In this document: in pieces, positions 10,188-21,925 of the stretch
How the letters are laid out: the number at the start of each line of letters is the position of its first letter
Position numbering within the stretch: position 1 is the first letter of the stretch
Assembly: GCA_963727625.1 (NCBI GenBank)
Contig: CAVSHR010000012.1
Location: 480,001-544,000, forward strand
DNA from: an uncultured delta proteobacterium
GTDB taxonomy: Bacteria > Desulfobacterota > Binatia > UBA9968
Direction: 5' to 3'
DNA: 64,000 bases
The notes under the pieces: model-generated
Database searches by the model: none
What the model was told of the DNA's origin: nothing
Seen by the model: only the letters and a program-made list of their open reading frames with translations
Translations under genes and position numbers: made by a program

Positions 10188-12032
10188 ATGTTCGAACACA
10201 AGAGCACTGACATGCATGGAGTCGAGCAGACTACGGCCAGAGACAAAGTCGACCGGATTCGCGCATGGTGGAGACCGAGGCTCGATTCCGACACTCTCGT
10301 GAATGGGTTACCTCTGGCATGTTCCTGGTTCATTTCATCACTTGTGCTGGCTCTAATGACATTTGTGTTTTATATGACGTTTGTCCCCGGACTGCCGACT
10401 GAGGCAGGGTGGACATTGAAACACTGGGCAAGTATTGCCACGCCACGCATGCTGACGGAAGTTCTGCCGAATACGTTAATCGTTGGGTTCGGCACGATAC
10501 TTGTGGTGACATTCTTCGCCTTGCCTCTGGCGTGGCTGCTCAATCGCACCTCTTTGCCCTTCCGAAACGTCTTTATCACTTTGATGGCTTTGGTGGTGGT
10601 TATACCCGGTTTTATCAAGGCCATGGGCTGGATTCTGCTCGTCAACGACCGGATTGGCCTCGTGAATAAAGCCGTAGCCAACTTATTGGGTTTGAAAACC
10701 GTCCCTTTGACAGTTGTCAATAATCCTTTCGGTATGGCATGGGTCATGGGATTGATGCTTACCCCAACGATGTTCTTCTTGATTTCGGGTCCCATGCGTG
10801 CGTTGGATCCGTCTTTGGAAGAAGCTGCAATGGTGTGCGGGCTCAATCGGTGGCGATTGATTCGTCGAATCAGCTTTCCTCTTGTTTGGCCGGGGACGCT
10901 CGCGGGAATCATATATATTTTTATGACGTCCATCTCCACCTTTGAAGTACCTGCGCTCCTGGGTGCGGCGAGCGGAAAGGTTCCCGTGTTGGCGACGGAA
11001 CTCTTTTATGCGGTGAGGCCAAGCGGCATCGAGATGATTGAACCCGCCTATGGTGCGGCTGGGGTGTACGGCACGCTGATCGCCGTTCCAAGCGTGGTCG
11101 CTCTTTACTGGTACCTGCGGCTGTTGAGCCGAGCCAGGGCGCACGAAGTGATTACTGGCAAAGGTTATAGGCCGCAAGCGTTTGACTTAGGGCGATTTAA
11201 ATGGGTGGCGCTGACGTTTGTCGTACTTTATCTCTTCCTTGCAGCTATCTTACCGTTGCTTGTGTTAATCTGGGCGTCGTTATTGCCGATCCTCCAGATG
11301 CCCTCGGCCGCAGCCTTTTCTAAGATCAACTTCTCGAACTACAACGATCTGATTCCCGCTCTCGGTGGCGCATCGGTTGTTTGGAATACAATCTTATTGA
11401 TGGGATGGGTGTCGGTTCTGGTCCTGTTTTTTAGCGTGATGATTTCTTGGGTCGTCGTCCGCGCGCGGGTCAGATTCCACAGCTTAATTGATTTAATCGC
11501 CATGGTGCCACACGCAATTCCGGGACTGGCGTTCGCGTTCGCACTGATGATGTTGGCGCTACTTTTGTCACGTTGGTTTCCATGGCTGCCGTTTAGCGGA
11601 ACCCTGGGGATAATCGTGATCGCGGGACTAATAAACCGATTGTCGTATGGCACTCGGGCGACGAACGCGGCCTTAATCCAAATCCAGGTGGATCTGGAGG
11701 AGTGTGCTCGAGTCTGCGGGCTTCGCAATCTTTCGATTATACGGAAGATTATTATTCCCTTGGCGATGCCGACTCTTCTCTTTACCGGTTTATGGACGGC
11801 CCTTCTGACGTTTCGTGAGGTGACCATGGCATTGTTTCTTTCCGAAAGCCGCAACAGAGTGCTGTCCGTCAACATCTGGTACCTTTGGCAAAATGGGAAT
11901 CTTGGAATTGCTGCAGCCGGGTCTGTACTGATGGTGGTTGTCGCGGGAGCCCTGATGCTAATCATCCTGTCATTTAGCGGTCGCCAGTTCGGCGATCAGG
12001 GACGTGCGGGTTTAAGCGTGTCGCGAATCTAA
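10188..12032 (+). CDS. ABC transporter permease (FbpB-type, two TM domains)
   Basis: Two EAA loops (DPSLEEAA, DLEECARVCG) and an ITGKGYRP linker. Confidence 0.9.
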   Translation: MFEHKSTDMHGVEQTTARDKVDRIRAWWRPRLDSDTLVNGLPLACSWFISSLVLALMTFVFYMTFVPGLPTEAGWTLKHWASIATPRMLTEVLPNTLIVGFGTILVVTFFALPLAWLLNRTSLPFRNVFITLMALVVVIPGFIKAMGWILLVNDRIGLVNKAVANLLGLKTVPLTVVNNPFGMAWVMGLMLTPTMFFLISGPMRALDPSLEEAAMVCGLNRWRLIRRISFPLVWPGTLAGIIYIFMTSISTFEVPALLGAASGKVPVLATELFYAVRPSGIEMIEPAYGAAGVYGTLIAVPSVVALYWYLRLLSRARAHEVITGKGYRPQAFDLGRFKWVALTFVVLYLFLAAILPLLVLIWASLLPILQMPSAAAFSKINFSNYNDLIPALGGASVVWNTILLMGWVSVLVLFFSVMISWVVVRARVRFHSLIDLIAMVPHAIPGLAFAFALMMLALLLSRWFPWLPFSGTLGIIVIAGLINRLSYGTRATNAALIQIQVDLEECARVCGLRNLSIIRKIIIPLAMPTLLFTGLWTALLTFREVTMALFLSESRNRVLSVNIWYLWQNGNLGIAAAGSVLMVVVAGALMLIILSFSGRQFGDQGRAGLSVSRI

Positions 12033-12167
12033 TGCACCCGTTGGGAAATGTGAACAACTGTCCCCGAGCCCGTAAGTCTTTTACTGATGTGGCCATTTCG
12101 ATTAGAGCTGTCGTGGCGGCTTGCGTTCGCTAAATTCCCCTACTTAAAACTTGAATAATTTATTAAG

Positions 12168-13268
12168 ATGGTCGGGATCTATCAGCTGCGAAAAAATTTC
12201 CGGATGCGAACTGGTGAAGTCCCTGCTCTAAGAGGGGTCGACTTGGAAGTCAAAGAAGGGGAGATATTTACGATGCTCGGCCCGTCAGGGTGTGGGAAAA
12301 CCACCATCCTTCGGTGTATCGCCGGGTTGGAGAAAGCGGATACAGGAAAAATCACCATTGATGGGGAAGTCGTTTTTGACGCGGATGCTAACGTGATGGT
12401 TCCTGCGTATGGGCGGGGTGTCGGCATGGTGTTTCAGTCCTACGCAATCTGGCCGCACATGAGTGTGTTTCAGAATGTTGCTTTGCCACTCCTGGAGGGG
12501 ACATTCAGGATCCCAAAGTCGGAAGTTAAGTCTAGAGTCAGTCAAGCGCTGTCCTTGGTGATGTTGGAAGGATTGGGGGAACGACCGGCCACATTGCTCA
12601 GCGGTGGTCAGCAACAGCGCGTTGCTTTAGCGCGGGCATTAGTTTATAGGCCAAAACTTTTACTGTTGGACGAGCCTTTGAGCAACCTCGACGCGCGTTT
12701 GAGAGCTGATATGCGATTAGAATTGCGTGAGCTCGTGGAAACGCTGAACATGACGTCGGTGTACGTGACGCATGACCAAGATGAGGCCTTGGCGCTTTCC
12801 GATCGGATTGCTGTGATGGAAAAGGGTATCATACTACAAATCGGCACGCCACGGGAGATTTACACGACGCCGGCAAACGACGCAGTCGCGTGTTTTATTG
12901 GGGAATCGAACCTGTTATCGGTCACGGTACAATCTGAGCGAGAAGGAGACGGATACCGACTGGTTAACAGTGCACTTGGCCTGATGTCATGTCGGATTCC
13001 AGGATCCATAGGAGTCGGAGCGGTGGTTACTGTTATGTTTCGCCCAAATGACGTCAGGTTGGAAAGAGAAGAAGCCGGCCCTGAGACGAACATGTACCAA
13101 GGATTCGTCAAACGGACTGTTTACCTTGGTAGCCGACTACGCTGTGAAGTTGAAGTCGCGTCCACAAAGATTTTGGCCGAGGTCCCGTCGTCTCGTGACA
13201 TCAAGGAGCGCCAGGCAGTAAGCGTGCACATTCCACCGGATCAAATATGCGTTCTAGCCGGTAACTGA
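12168..13268 (+). CDS. ABC transporter ATP-binding protein (FbpC/PotA-type)
   Basis: [22 protein letters not shown] and VTHDQ motifs; TOBE-like tail. Confidence 0.95.
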   Translation: MVGIYQLRKNFRMRTGEVPALRGVDLEVKEGEIFTMLGPSGCGKTTILRCIAGLEKADTGKITIDGEVVFDADANVMVPAYGRGVGMVFQSYAIWPHMSVFQNVALPLLEGTFRIPKSEVKSRVSQALSLVMLEGLGERPATLLSGGQQQRVALARALVYRPKLLLLDEPLSNLDARLRADMRLELRELVETLNMTSVYVTHDQDEALALSDRIAVMEKGIILQIGTPREIYTTPANDAVACFIGESNLLSVTVQSEREGDGYRLVNSALGLMSCRIPGSIGVGAVVTVMFRPNDVRLEREEAGPETNMYQGFVKRTVYLGSRLRCEVEVASTKILAEVPSSRDIKERQAVSVHIPPDQICVLAGN

Positions 13269-13429
13269 ACTTTCTCAACTCGCATCCAATAATGCGAGTT
13301 TTTCGAAGGCAAGATCTGGCAACCTGCGTAAATACGACGCTGAGAATATCAAACGCTTGTTAAGGTAAGGGCGCATGTGCAATAAAGCATAAGTCCAGAC
13401 ATTCTGTAATTCGTCACGAGGAGAACCGT

Positions 13430-13810
13430 ATGGAACCCAAATTTGTTTTTCATGAGCCACCGAGGCGTTATTCCAAAGCTTGCGTCTACGGTGAATTCAA
13501 CTTTCTCGCCGGTGAAGATTCCAAAGATCCGACGACGCAGAAGGTGCAGGGAAACACCGTTGCCGAGCAGGCAGAATATCTATTTCGCAATATGAAGACT
13601 ACTCTTGAAAGCCTTGGGAGCTCGCTCACCAGCGTCATTAAGACGACCGTCTACCTGAAAGATCCGCGAGACCGGGCGAACTATCAAGAGGCCCGCGTCA
13701 AGTACTTGCCACAGACCCCTCCTAGCACGTTGATCATGGGGGTTCAGCTTGCCGAGCCGGAGATGCTGATTGAGATTAACGCGATCGCCGTTATGCCAGG
13801 AGCGAAATAA
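13430..13810 (+). CDS. RidA/YjgF family protein
   Basis: YSKA, VIKTTVYL and LIEINAIA motifs; lacks the catalytic Arg (PPST). Confidence 0.85.
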   Translation: MEPKFVFHEPPRRYSKACVYGEFNFLAGEDSKDPTTQKVQGNTVAEQAEYLFRNMKTTLESLGSSLTSVIKTTVYLKDPRDRANYQEARVKYLPQTPPSTLIMGVQLAEPEMLIEINAIAVMPGAK

Positions 13811-14079
13811 GCCGGCGCAGATGATAAGATTGACAACGGCGAAGGCGTGCGTCCATAAAGAAACAATGAAACTCGACTCGTCAGGTGGTACGAGCAGTTT
13901 TTGCAAAACTGCGTGCGAAAACAACAGCAAGTCAGTGGTCGCTCAAGTGGCACCAGCGGAACGACGGCGGAAATATATGGATGCGGCGGTGTGGGCCATC
14001 CGCGCGGAAGAACCGACTGTCAGCGGCGCGTCGGAGCAGCAGACTTAATCACGCCACAAGATTAAAACAAAGGGAGGGA

Positions 14080-15304
14080 ATGATGGGAATCTTGCGTGAG
14101 GTCAGACAGGCCAGTATTGGCCTTGTTACGTGGCAAGTTCTAGTGTTTTTCTTGGTATTTTTTCTCATGCCATGGTGTATCTTGGCTTGGGCGCACCGAC
14201 GCTGTTTGCGGGGGAGGCGGCCGCTGCAGCAGAGACTCCTTCTAAGGGGAAACGGGCCGTCGATGAGTTGGTTGCAAAGGCGAAACAAGAAGGAGAGCTT
14301 GTTGCCACCATACAGTCGAGCTGGAACAAGGGGTTGATTCAGCCCCTCACTGACGCATTCAGAAAGCGCTTCGGGTTGGATATTAAGGTAACAGTCTCAA
14401 ATGTCAATTCGGCCCGGCATTTCCCAGTGGCGATTGCCGAGATTAGGCGGGTGCCCCGGCAACTTACGATGTTGTGCAGGGGGACGATGCCGAGACCATG
14501 CAAATCGTAGGAGCTGGCGCGACTCATAAAGTCGAGAACTGGGTGACACTGCTCGCCGAGATCAATCCTTTGGTGCGATCTCGGCAAGCGTAGACCGGAC
14601 GAGATCAGTCACGGACCGTTTAGAGACCATTCATTCATGTTCATGGCCAACGTTAAGCAGCTTATCTACAACACGAGACTGATCTCTCAAAAAAATCTGC
14701 CAAGAACGCATAGGGACCTTGCTAATCCCAAGTACAAGGGCAAGTTTGCGCAGCCGCCGTGGACCTCTCATTGGGAAATTGCGCCCGCCGCGTTTGATAA
14801 TTTCGACAAGAAGCAGTGGCTGGAGGTGGTGCGAAAAGCCGGCAAAAACACCGGAGCAGTGCTCGGTGAGTCTTCCGCGGTGCAGCGGGTGGTCCTCGGA
14901 GAGTTCGCCTTTGCTCTAGCGCAGGATCGATACGTACGGCAGATTCTCGCCAAAGATCCGAAGGCGCCGATCTCCTCGCGGTTTTTTGACGACTACAATG
15001 AACTCAATCAAGGGTGTATTATTCCGTCCGCACCCGGGCGCGCCATCCCGCCGCAGGCACTCTATGGGCGCTGTGGATGACCACGCCTGAGTCGGAGAAG
15101 ATCTGGCAGCCGAGCGATCTGCAATCCGTACCCTATGGTGATAGCCAACTCGATCATGAGTTCAGACAGAGTATAGAGAAGTCAAAAGCGAACGTGGTAG
15201 GGTTTTTGGACAACAAGAAGACCATCGAGCTGCTGAATTGGTATCGGACGGACGAGGGACGCAAATATTTAGACGCCATGGCTCGGGCTATTAGAGCGGA
15301 ATAG
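14080..15304 (+). pseudogene. Frameshifted ABC substrate-binding protein, paralog of 8958-10118
   Basis: Homologous pieces are spread over ORFs 14130-14510, 14637-15080 and 15014-15304 (AKAKQEG, QPPWTSHWE, RHPAAG). May be consensus error rather than true decay. Confidence 0.75.
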
Positions 15305-15354
15305 TCGGCGTTGAAGAGCCTTATGCTGGTGCGGCGACCTGGGTACGCCGAGCC

Positions 15355-17128
15355 GTGAGTTTACTCTTTAAGCAAAGGGAGCGCACGGGCGGCATGGATG
15401 CTATTCCGCTTATATGCTCGTGGTCGATTCTTTCGGTCATCATTGCCCTCGTCGCGTTTGTTCTGTACATGACCTTCGTGCCGGGCCTGCCCACCGAGCC
15501 AGGCTTTACGTTGCGGCACTGGTCCAACGTGTTCAGTTCGCGTCTGCTCACCAGGGTTATTCCGAATACAGTCATTGTGGGTTTCGGCACCATTTTCATC
15601 GGCGCGTTTTTCGCTTTGCCGCTGGCTTCGCTGCTCAACCGGACGACTCTCCCATTTCGTACAATCTTTACGACCATAATAGGCATTGTGCCTGTCATTC
15701 CGGGCTTCATACTGGCCATGGGGTGGATCATGCTCTTGGACGAGCGGATCGGCCTGATCAACAATGTTGCCGCGAGTGCTCGACCTTCGAGCATCGCGTT
15801 GAGCGTTAAAGACAGCCCTTGGGGAATCGCATGGGTATTAGGGTCGATATTGACCCCCGCCGATCTTCTTTTTGGTCGCCGGTCCTTTGAGCCGCATCGA
15901 CCCCTCTCTAGAAGAGGCGGCGAAGCGCTACCGCATGAGACATCTCACGATCCTTCGGCGCGTGACTTTGCCCTTGGTATCGCCTGGAAATTCTCGGCGG
16001 GATCATATACACGTTTCTGACAGCGGTGTCGATCTTCGAAATTCCAGCGCTGTTAGGCGCTGCGAGTGGAAGGGTCCCGGTCCTTGCAAGCGAGATCTTT
16101 TACTCGGTCAGGCCGGGGGGGCCAATGACGGCCACATTCGCATACGGGACGGCCGGGGTTTACGGAATGTTGCTGGCTATACCGAGTCTTGTAGCGTTAT
16201 ATCTTTATCTTCGAGCTCTTCATCGGGCGGAGCGTTATCAGGTGATCACCGGAAAGGGCTACCGAGCTCGAGAAATCGATCTTGGTCGTTTCGCCTGGGT
16301 TGGAGTCGTATTTGTTGTTCTTTACTTGAGCTTGGCCGTGGGACTACCCATACTGATCCGGGTATGGGCATCGCTCATGCCAGTGTTGCAAATGCCTTCT
16401 CGGGAAGCGCTCGAAAAACTTAGTTTCGAAAACTATCATGGCCTGCTGGAAGGGTTGGCAGGAGTAGACGTCGTTTGGAATACTGTCCTGGTAGTGGTCT
16501 GCGTATCTCTGCTCGTCATTTTCTTCAGCTTCATGATTTCATGGGTCGTGGTGCGGAGCCGAGCCCGGTCACGCAAGACGGTTGATTTGCTGGCGATGTT
16601 GCCTACGCGATTCCGGGCCTAGCGTTTGCGTTCGCACTGGCGATGATTGCGGTTCTGGCCTCCCGATGGCTTCCCTGGTTGCCGCTCTACGGAACCCTTG
16701 GCATCATCGTGATCGCCCATCTCATCAACAGGGTGCCCTATGGGACGCGCGTAATGAATTCCGCTCTGGGCCAGGTGCATCGCGATTTGGAAGAGATTGC
16801 CCAAGTTTGCGGCACGAAGACGCCGACGATCATGAGAAGGGTGGTCTTGCCGCTGGTCAAACCTTCGGTAGTCTATCTGGCTGTTTGGACGGCCATGCTA
16901 AGCTTCCAGGAGGTGACGATGGCGCTTTTTCTTTCAGGGCCGCACAATACCGTACTTTCGGTAAGTATCTGGTCACTTATGGGAAGCCGGCAGCCTGGGG
17001 ACGGCTGCCGCCGCAGCCGTTGCGATGGTGTCTATCATGGGAGTGTTGATGTTCGGTGTTCTGAAGATTGCGGGGCGTGCAGCAACGGGGCTCATCAGCC
17101 GAGGTGCCGCCGTGCTGCGTTCGTCTGA
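15355..17128 (+). pseudogene. Frameshifted ABC permease, paralog of 10188-12032
   Basis: YMTFVPGLPTE, DPSLEEAA, ITGKGYR and DLEEIAQVCG are split across at least four ORF pieces. Confidence 0.75.
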
Positions 17129-17134
17129 AGCGCG

Positions 17135-18224
17135 ATGATTCGAGTCATCAACCTCCACAAGGATTTTTTCACCCGAAATGCAAGCCAAGCGGCGGTCCGG
17201 GACGTTAATTTTGAAGTCAATGAGGGCGAAATTTTCATGCTCTTGGGACCCTCCGGCTGCGGCAAAACCACGACCCTACGTTGTATTGCCGGCCTGGAGA
17301 CTCCCGACGACGGAGAAATCTGGATCGATGACAAACTAGTCTTCGCGAACCAAGGTCAAATTATCGTTCCGGTTTATAGACGCGGCGTAGGAATGGTGTT
17401 CCAATCGTATGCTATCTGGCCGCATTTGACGGTATTGAAAACGTAGCGTATCCTCTGGTTTATGGAATCAACAAGGTCTCGAAGGGGCAAGTAGAGAACT
17501 GTACGAAAAGCTCTGCCTCGGTCGGTTTAAACGAATTTGAAGATTGTTTTTAGCGCCCTTGCTCAGCGGGGGCCAGCAGCAGCGAGTCTCGTTGGCCCGG
17601 GCTCTAGTCTATGAGCCGAAAGTATTGCTGCTGGATGAGCCCCTCAGTAATCTTGATGCCAAGCTGCGCACAGAAATGCGCGTGGAACTCAGGGCTTTCG
17701 ACAAAAAGACTAAAGATCACCGCCATTTACGTAACCCATGACCAAGAGGAGGCGCTGGTATTATCAGACCGCGTTGCGGTCATGCATGCGGGACAAATCC
17801 GGCAAATCGGAACTCCACGCGAGATCTATATCAATCCGAAAAGTGACGTGGTCGCCGGGTTTATAGGTACGGCCAATCTGCTGCAGGCGAGGGTCGAACG
17901 ACTACCGTTGGATGAGAAAGACGGCACATTGACTAGGCTTTAGGAAAGCTGAAGTCATCTGCCTGCTTCACTGTCTGTCGGACAGACCGTGACTGTTATG
18001 TTTCGGCCCGAGGACGTTATCATTGGCGGCGACTCGTCACGCAGCGGCAACAATTTATTCCCCGCCACTGTAGAGGACGCGCTGTTCGTGGGTAGTCGAT
18101 TTCAATGCCAAGTATCTATTAATACGCACAGAATTCATGGGGAGGTTTCCAAAACTCGGGTGGTAGAGGTGGGCCAGACGTCATGGTTGAGATTCCGCCG
18201 CATATCATTCACCTGCTCCTGTAA
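17135..18224 (+). pseudogene. Frameshifted ABC ATPase, paralog of 12168-13268
   Basis: [16 protein letters not shown] and VTHDQEEA lie in separate ORF pieces. Confidence 0.8.
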
Positions 18225-18303
18225 CTTTACATATTTCAAGCAGGCCGAGATTGGCGCCATCCACAAATTGAGGCGTCTTGACCTACTGAATCACGTCGAT
18301 ATT

Positions 18304-18756
18304 TCAAACTGAATGATCCCGAGAAGAGCGCATGGGAAGTATCAACGTACAGCGACCAGTAAGAATTTTTTTATCGTCTTGGTTCCCTCCTTGAAGTTCA
18401 CAAATGACCCATGGATCCGCGATGTTGGGCGACTTTTCCGCGATCCGCGCACTAAAGCGCATCATATCTCCTTCAAACGTGGAGTAGGTGTGCCGAACGC
18501 TAATTTTTCTCAACCATTCGCGGACGGATCGAATCGGTCAACATCGAATCAGTAGGGCCTGCTGGTAAGCTCTCGCTTGCGATGTTAATGTCTTTAGCCC
18601 GTTATGCTCGCGGACATGGTCTCTATCATAGTGAAGGCGCTGCCAGTTCTCCGTAAACTTGCCCAGCGCACAGCGTCAAATTGTAAGTCGGCCATGTTCG
18701 CGCGCCGGGATGGAGTCGCCGACGGCAACATCGTCTAAATAAACGGATTGATTCAC
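18304..18756 (-). pseudogene. Frameshifted MaoC-family dehydratase
   Basis: Hand translation: (M)NQSVYLDDVAVGDSIPARE / DAVRWA / ENWQRLHYDRDHV / LRKISVRH...EGD...KILTGRCTL, across several indels. Confidence 0.7.
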
Positions 18757-18784
18757 AAAGGATATCTCTCTATTTTATTGGCTG

Positions 18785-19891
18785 TCAGCTGCATTGGGTA
18801 CCTTGGTACCAGGGAGCTAAAAAGTATTTCTTTAGAATTTGCTCGTTGTGCTCTCCGAGCCTAGGCGCCGGGCTCAGCCGAGTTCCCGTGACGCTGGCAA
18901 TCGCTCCTTGAGGAAAAAGTATCTTGCCATACTCGGGATGATCCATCTCGCTTAAAAAACCGCGCGCAATGAGTTGCGGATCGCTGACAAGGTCGAGCGG
19001 CGTGGAGACAGGGGAAGCGGGAAAGTGTAGGCGCTGACCCTGCTCGACCAACTCCGTTTTCGTGAAGCGCTTGGCCCAGTTATCCAGCCGCTGCATGATG
19101 AAATCGCGGCGCTTATGCTGATTTTCTTCTTCGGCCAGCGATGGATCGTTCCTTAGCTCGGGGTCCTGCACCCACTCGACGAATTTCGCCCAGCGGCCTG
19201 GCCGGTGAATTTGACTGATCACCCAGTGGCCGTCTTTACACGGCATCGCACCGGAGACCGCGGTGATTGCACCTCGGCTGCCGCGCCGCTCGGTGATCGT
19301 TCCGGAGAAACTATACTCAACCATCGCTTGCTCGACGAAAGAGGCTAGGGAGTCCCGCACCGAAACAGTGGCGACTAAACCGCGGCCCGAACCTTTGCGC
19401 ACCAGCAGAGCGGCAGCAGTGGCAACGGCGGCATAGATCCCGACCGCAAGATGAGGAACGTGACCACCCAATGTCACCGGCGCGCGATCGGGATGACCGG
19501 TAAGCGACATTAGCCCCGAGCGCGCCACCGCACACAGCTCCGGCGCGTCATCGACGATCTTGGTCAGAACGAGATTTGGATTGGCTGCATGACAGAATTG
19601 TTCGTCGAAAGGCGTGTTGGCCAGCAACACGTCGGCATGGCCGAGTAGATTGTGCAAGATCTTTTTCCGGCATCTGACTCGATATCGACAGTCACACCCT
19701 TCTTACCGGAGTTTAAGAACTGATGATACGCGCTGTGCTCCAGATTTTGCTTGTCGCGTAAAAAACGGCGGGAGTCGCCTAAGCTCGTCACCTTCTGGTG
19801 GTTCGACGCGAATCACTTCGTGCCCTTCTTCGGCGAAAAGCCGGGCTGCGTAAGCTCCGGTAAGCGAAGTTAAATCGATAACACGGAGCAT
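18785..19891 (-). pseudogene. Family III CoA-transferase (CaiB/BaiF) subunit with one frameshift near 19660
   Basis: LRVIDLT..GAYAARL, VIRVEPPEGD, LNSGKK, CKDG and APRLGEHN motifs. The shift is in an A-run and the catalytic Asp is not seen. Confidence 0.8.
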
Positions 19892-20437
19892 CTAGTTTCG
19901 ATCCTGGACTACACCAGACAGCTTTTTTTCTGGAAAGACAGCGAGCGTATGCCGGCGACGGAGTACGATTTGTTGCTTAAAATTCAACACCTGTTCCTCC
20001 TGGTCGATGTATATTCCCAAGCCCGCCTTACCCTGGCGCGCGACGATGTCCGTGATGGAGCTTTGCGTGGACAATGGGTCGCCAAGGTAGGCTGGCTGCA
20101 GCTATTTAGTTTCGGAGCCAGCGTTACGTACGTTGGTGTATCCGGCGGGTAAGGGGGAGTTGACGCCGCAGGTCTGTTGGGTCTGTGCTTGCTCGCTCGG
20201 TACCTTCTTTAAAACTAAATGGCACCCAGCCGACGAGGAGCGGCGGCAGTATGCGGCCGCGATAGCCGGCGCGGCGTGCGTAGTCAGTGTCCAACCACAA
20301 TGGGTTGGCATCGTCGGTGGCGTCGACGTAGCGGCGAATGTCCGATGCACTGATGACTTCGAGGGATCGCAAAGGTGTTCTGCGACCGATCCAGCCACCC
20401 AGCTCCGGCGTGACGATAGTTTCGATAGACCAGTCAT
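19892..20437 (-). pseudogene. FAS1/MaoC-like dehydratase N-terminal-type protein, interrupted
   Basis: DIRRYVDATDDANPLWLD..YAR and NAGSET motifs; indels plus an in-frame TAG at 20102-20104; ATG overlaps the upstream TGA. Confidence 0.75.
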
Positions 20438-21651
20438 TGCAGGACCCCTTGTTGTTGGATCTCCTCGATCTCCGTCGCGGAACAATTCAGCCAGGCGCGC
20501 AACACATAGACGCTATGTTCGCCCAAACTCGGCGCACTCTGGGGCGCGGGAAGCTCGACGAGGGACAACGAAAACGGTAGGGTGGTCGTCAGCATGGAAC
20601 CGCTCCGCCGCTCGGCCATCTTCGAGAAGACCGTCGGAGCGTCCGGGGAATCGATAACGTCATTGATGCGTCGCACGCGTTCGGCAGCGATGCCCACCGC
20701 TCTCAAGCGCTCTTCCACTTCTTTGCTGGAGTATTGTTTGCTCCAGTTGGAAATCGCTCGGTCGATCTCATCATGATGCTGCATGCGGCCGGCCACGGTT
20801 GCAAAGCGCGGTTCTGCGCCCCACTGTTCCCGCCCGATCAGTTTCGCCAGGGTTTGCCATTGGGTTTCGGTTGAGGTACATACGGCGCACCAGTTGTCGG
20901 TGCCGGCGCAAGGATAAACGCCTTGCGGAGCAAAGTGGTCCGAGCGGTTGCCCGCTCGGATCGGCTCCTTGCCGAGAATTACGCTGCTCAGTAACAAAGA
21001 GCCGATCATCGAAGCGCTGCATTCGAACTGGCTCAAATCGATCAGGCTTCCCTGACCGGTGGTGATGCGCTTATCTATCGCCTGCAGAATGGCGAAACAT
21101 GCATGCAGACCGCCGATGTAATCATTCCATGAGTTGGAGATCGCAGTCGGCGGATCACTTTCGGCTCCAGAGACCATCATCAAGCCGCTGTAGCCTTGCA
21201 AGTTCATGTTCATGCTGGTCCAATCACGGCGCGGGCCGTTATGGCCGTAGCCGGACATGCTGACGTAAATGATCTTCGGATTGGTCGCTTCTATTTGCTC
21301 ATAACCGAGTTTAAGCCGGTCCATTACCCCGGCACTGAAGTTTTCGATCACCACATCGGCGATTGCCGCCAAACGCGCGGCAACCCGTTGGCCGGTTTCC
21401 TTCTTCAAGTCGATGGCGATAGAGCGCTTGTTCCGATTCGTATTCAAATAGGAGGCGTGGCGATGGTCTTCGCTCACAAACGACGACTGCCACGGATGGT
21501 CTGGATGTTTGCTGCTCTCGACGCGGACAACATCGGCGCCCAGATCAGCCAGCAGTCGAGTGCAGAAAGGACCGGCGAGTACGTGCGTAAAATCCAAGAT
21601 TCGAATTCCCGCTAGTGGTGCGGAAAAGGTTGCTTCGGCGTCGGTGGACAT
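20434..21651 (-). CDS. Family III CoA-transferase (CaiB/BaiF)
   Basis: PLAGIRILDFTHVLAGP, NRNKRSI, SGYGHNGP, catalytic Asp in WNDYIGG and APSLGEH. Confidence 0.92.
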   Translation of the reverse strand: MSTDAEATFSAPLAGIRILDFTHVLAGPFCTRLLADLGADVVRVESSKHPDHPWQSSFVSEDHRHASYLNTNRNKRSIAIDLKKETGQRVAARLAAIADVVIENFSAGVMDRLKLGYEQIEATNPKIIYVSMSGYGHNGPRRDWTSMNMNLQGYSGLMMVSGAESDPPTAISNSWNDYIGGLHACFAILQAIDKRITTGQGSLIDLSQFECSASMIGSLLLSSVILGKEPIRAGNRSDHFAPQGVYPCAGTDNWCAVCTSTETQWQTLAKLIGREQWGAEPRFATVAGRMQHHDEIDRAISNWSKQYSSKEVEERLRAVGIAAERVRRINDVIDSPDAPTVFSKMAERRSGSMLTTTLPFSLSLVELPAPQSAPSLGEHSVYVLRAWLNCSATEIEEIQQQGVLQ

Positions 21652-21882
21652 GGGGGTAACGAACCTTTAACTCCTTCTGTGCTTGTAGGAGCAAATTGCG
21701 GCTGGCCGCGTGCCACGGAACATCATCTCTGGATTCGCCTGTAAAAACTTGATGAGGGGGGTTCAAGCCTCTTATCTTATGCGCTGTCATGGCTTTTTGA
21801 CTTCAGCAATAGCCACGAGACCATCACAAGTAGAATCCTGAAATCGAAGTCTATGTCGTAAATAAGTTATTTGGTTTGCGTA

Positions 21883-21925
21883 GTCAAATATATTATTTTG
21901 ATGGCGACGATAGATAGGGGTCAAT
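21883..21925 (-). promoter_or_regulatory. Putative LysR operator/-35 region of the CoA-transferase operon
   Basis: The minus strand reads ATTGACCCCTATCTATCGTCGCCATCAAAATAATATATTTGAC. It aligns ungapped with 22949-22991 and overlaps the LysR start. Confidence 0.5.

Noticed and set aside
20102-20104. In-frame TAG in the MaoC-like gene as pyrrolysine or recoding
   Set aside because: It lies in the error-rich zone alongside indels and probably derives from a Trp TGG codon.
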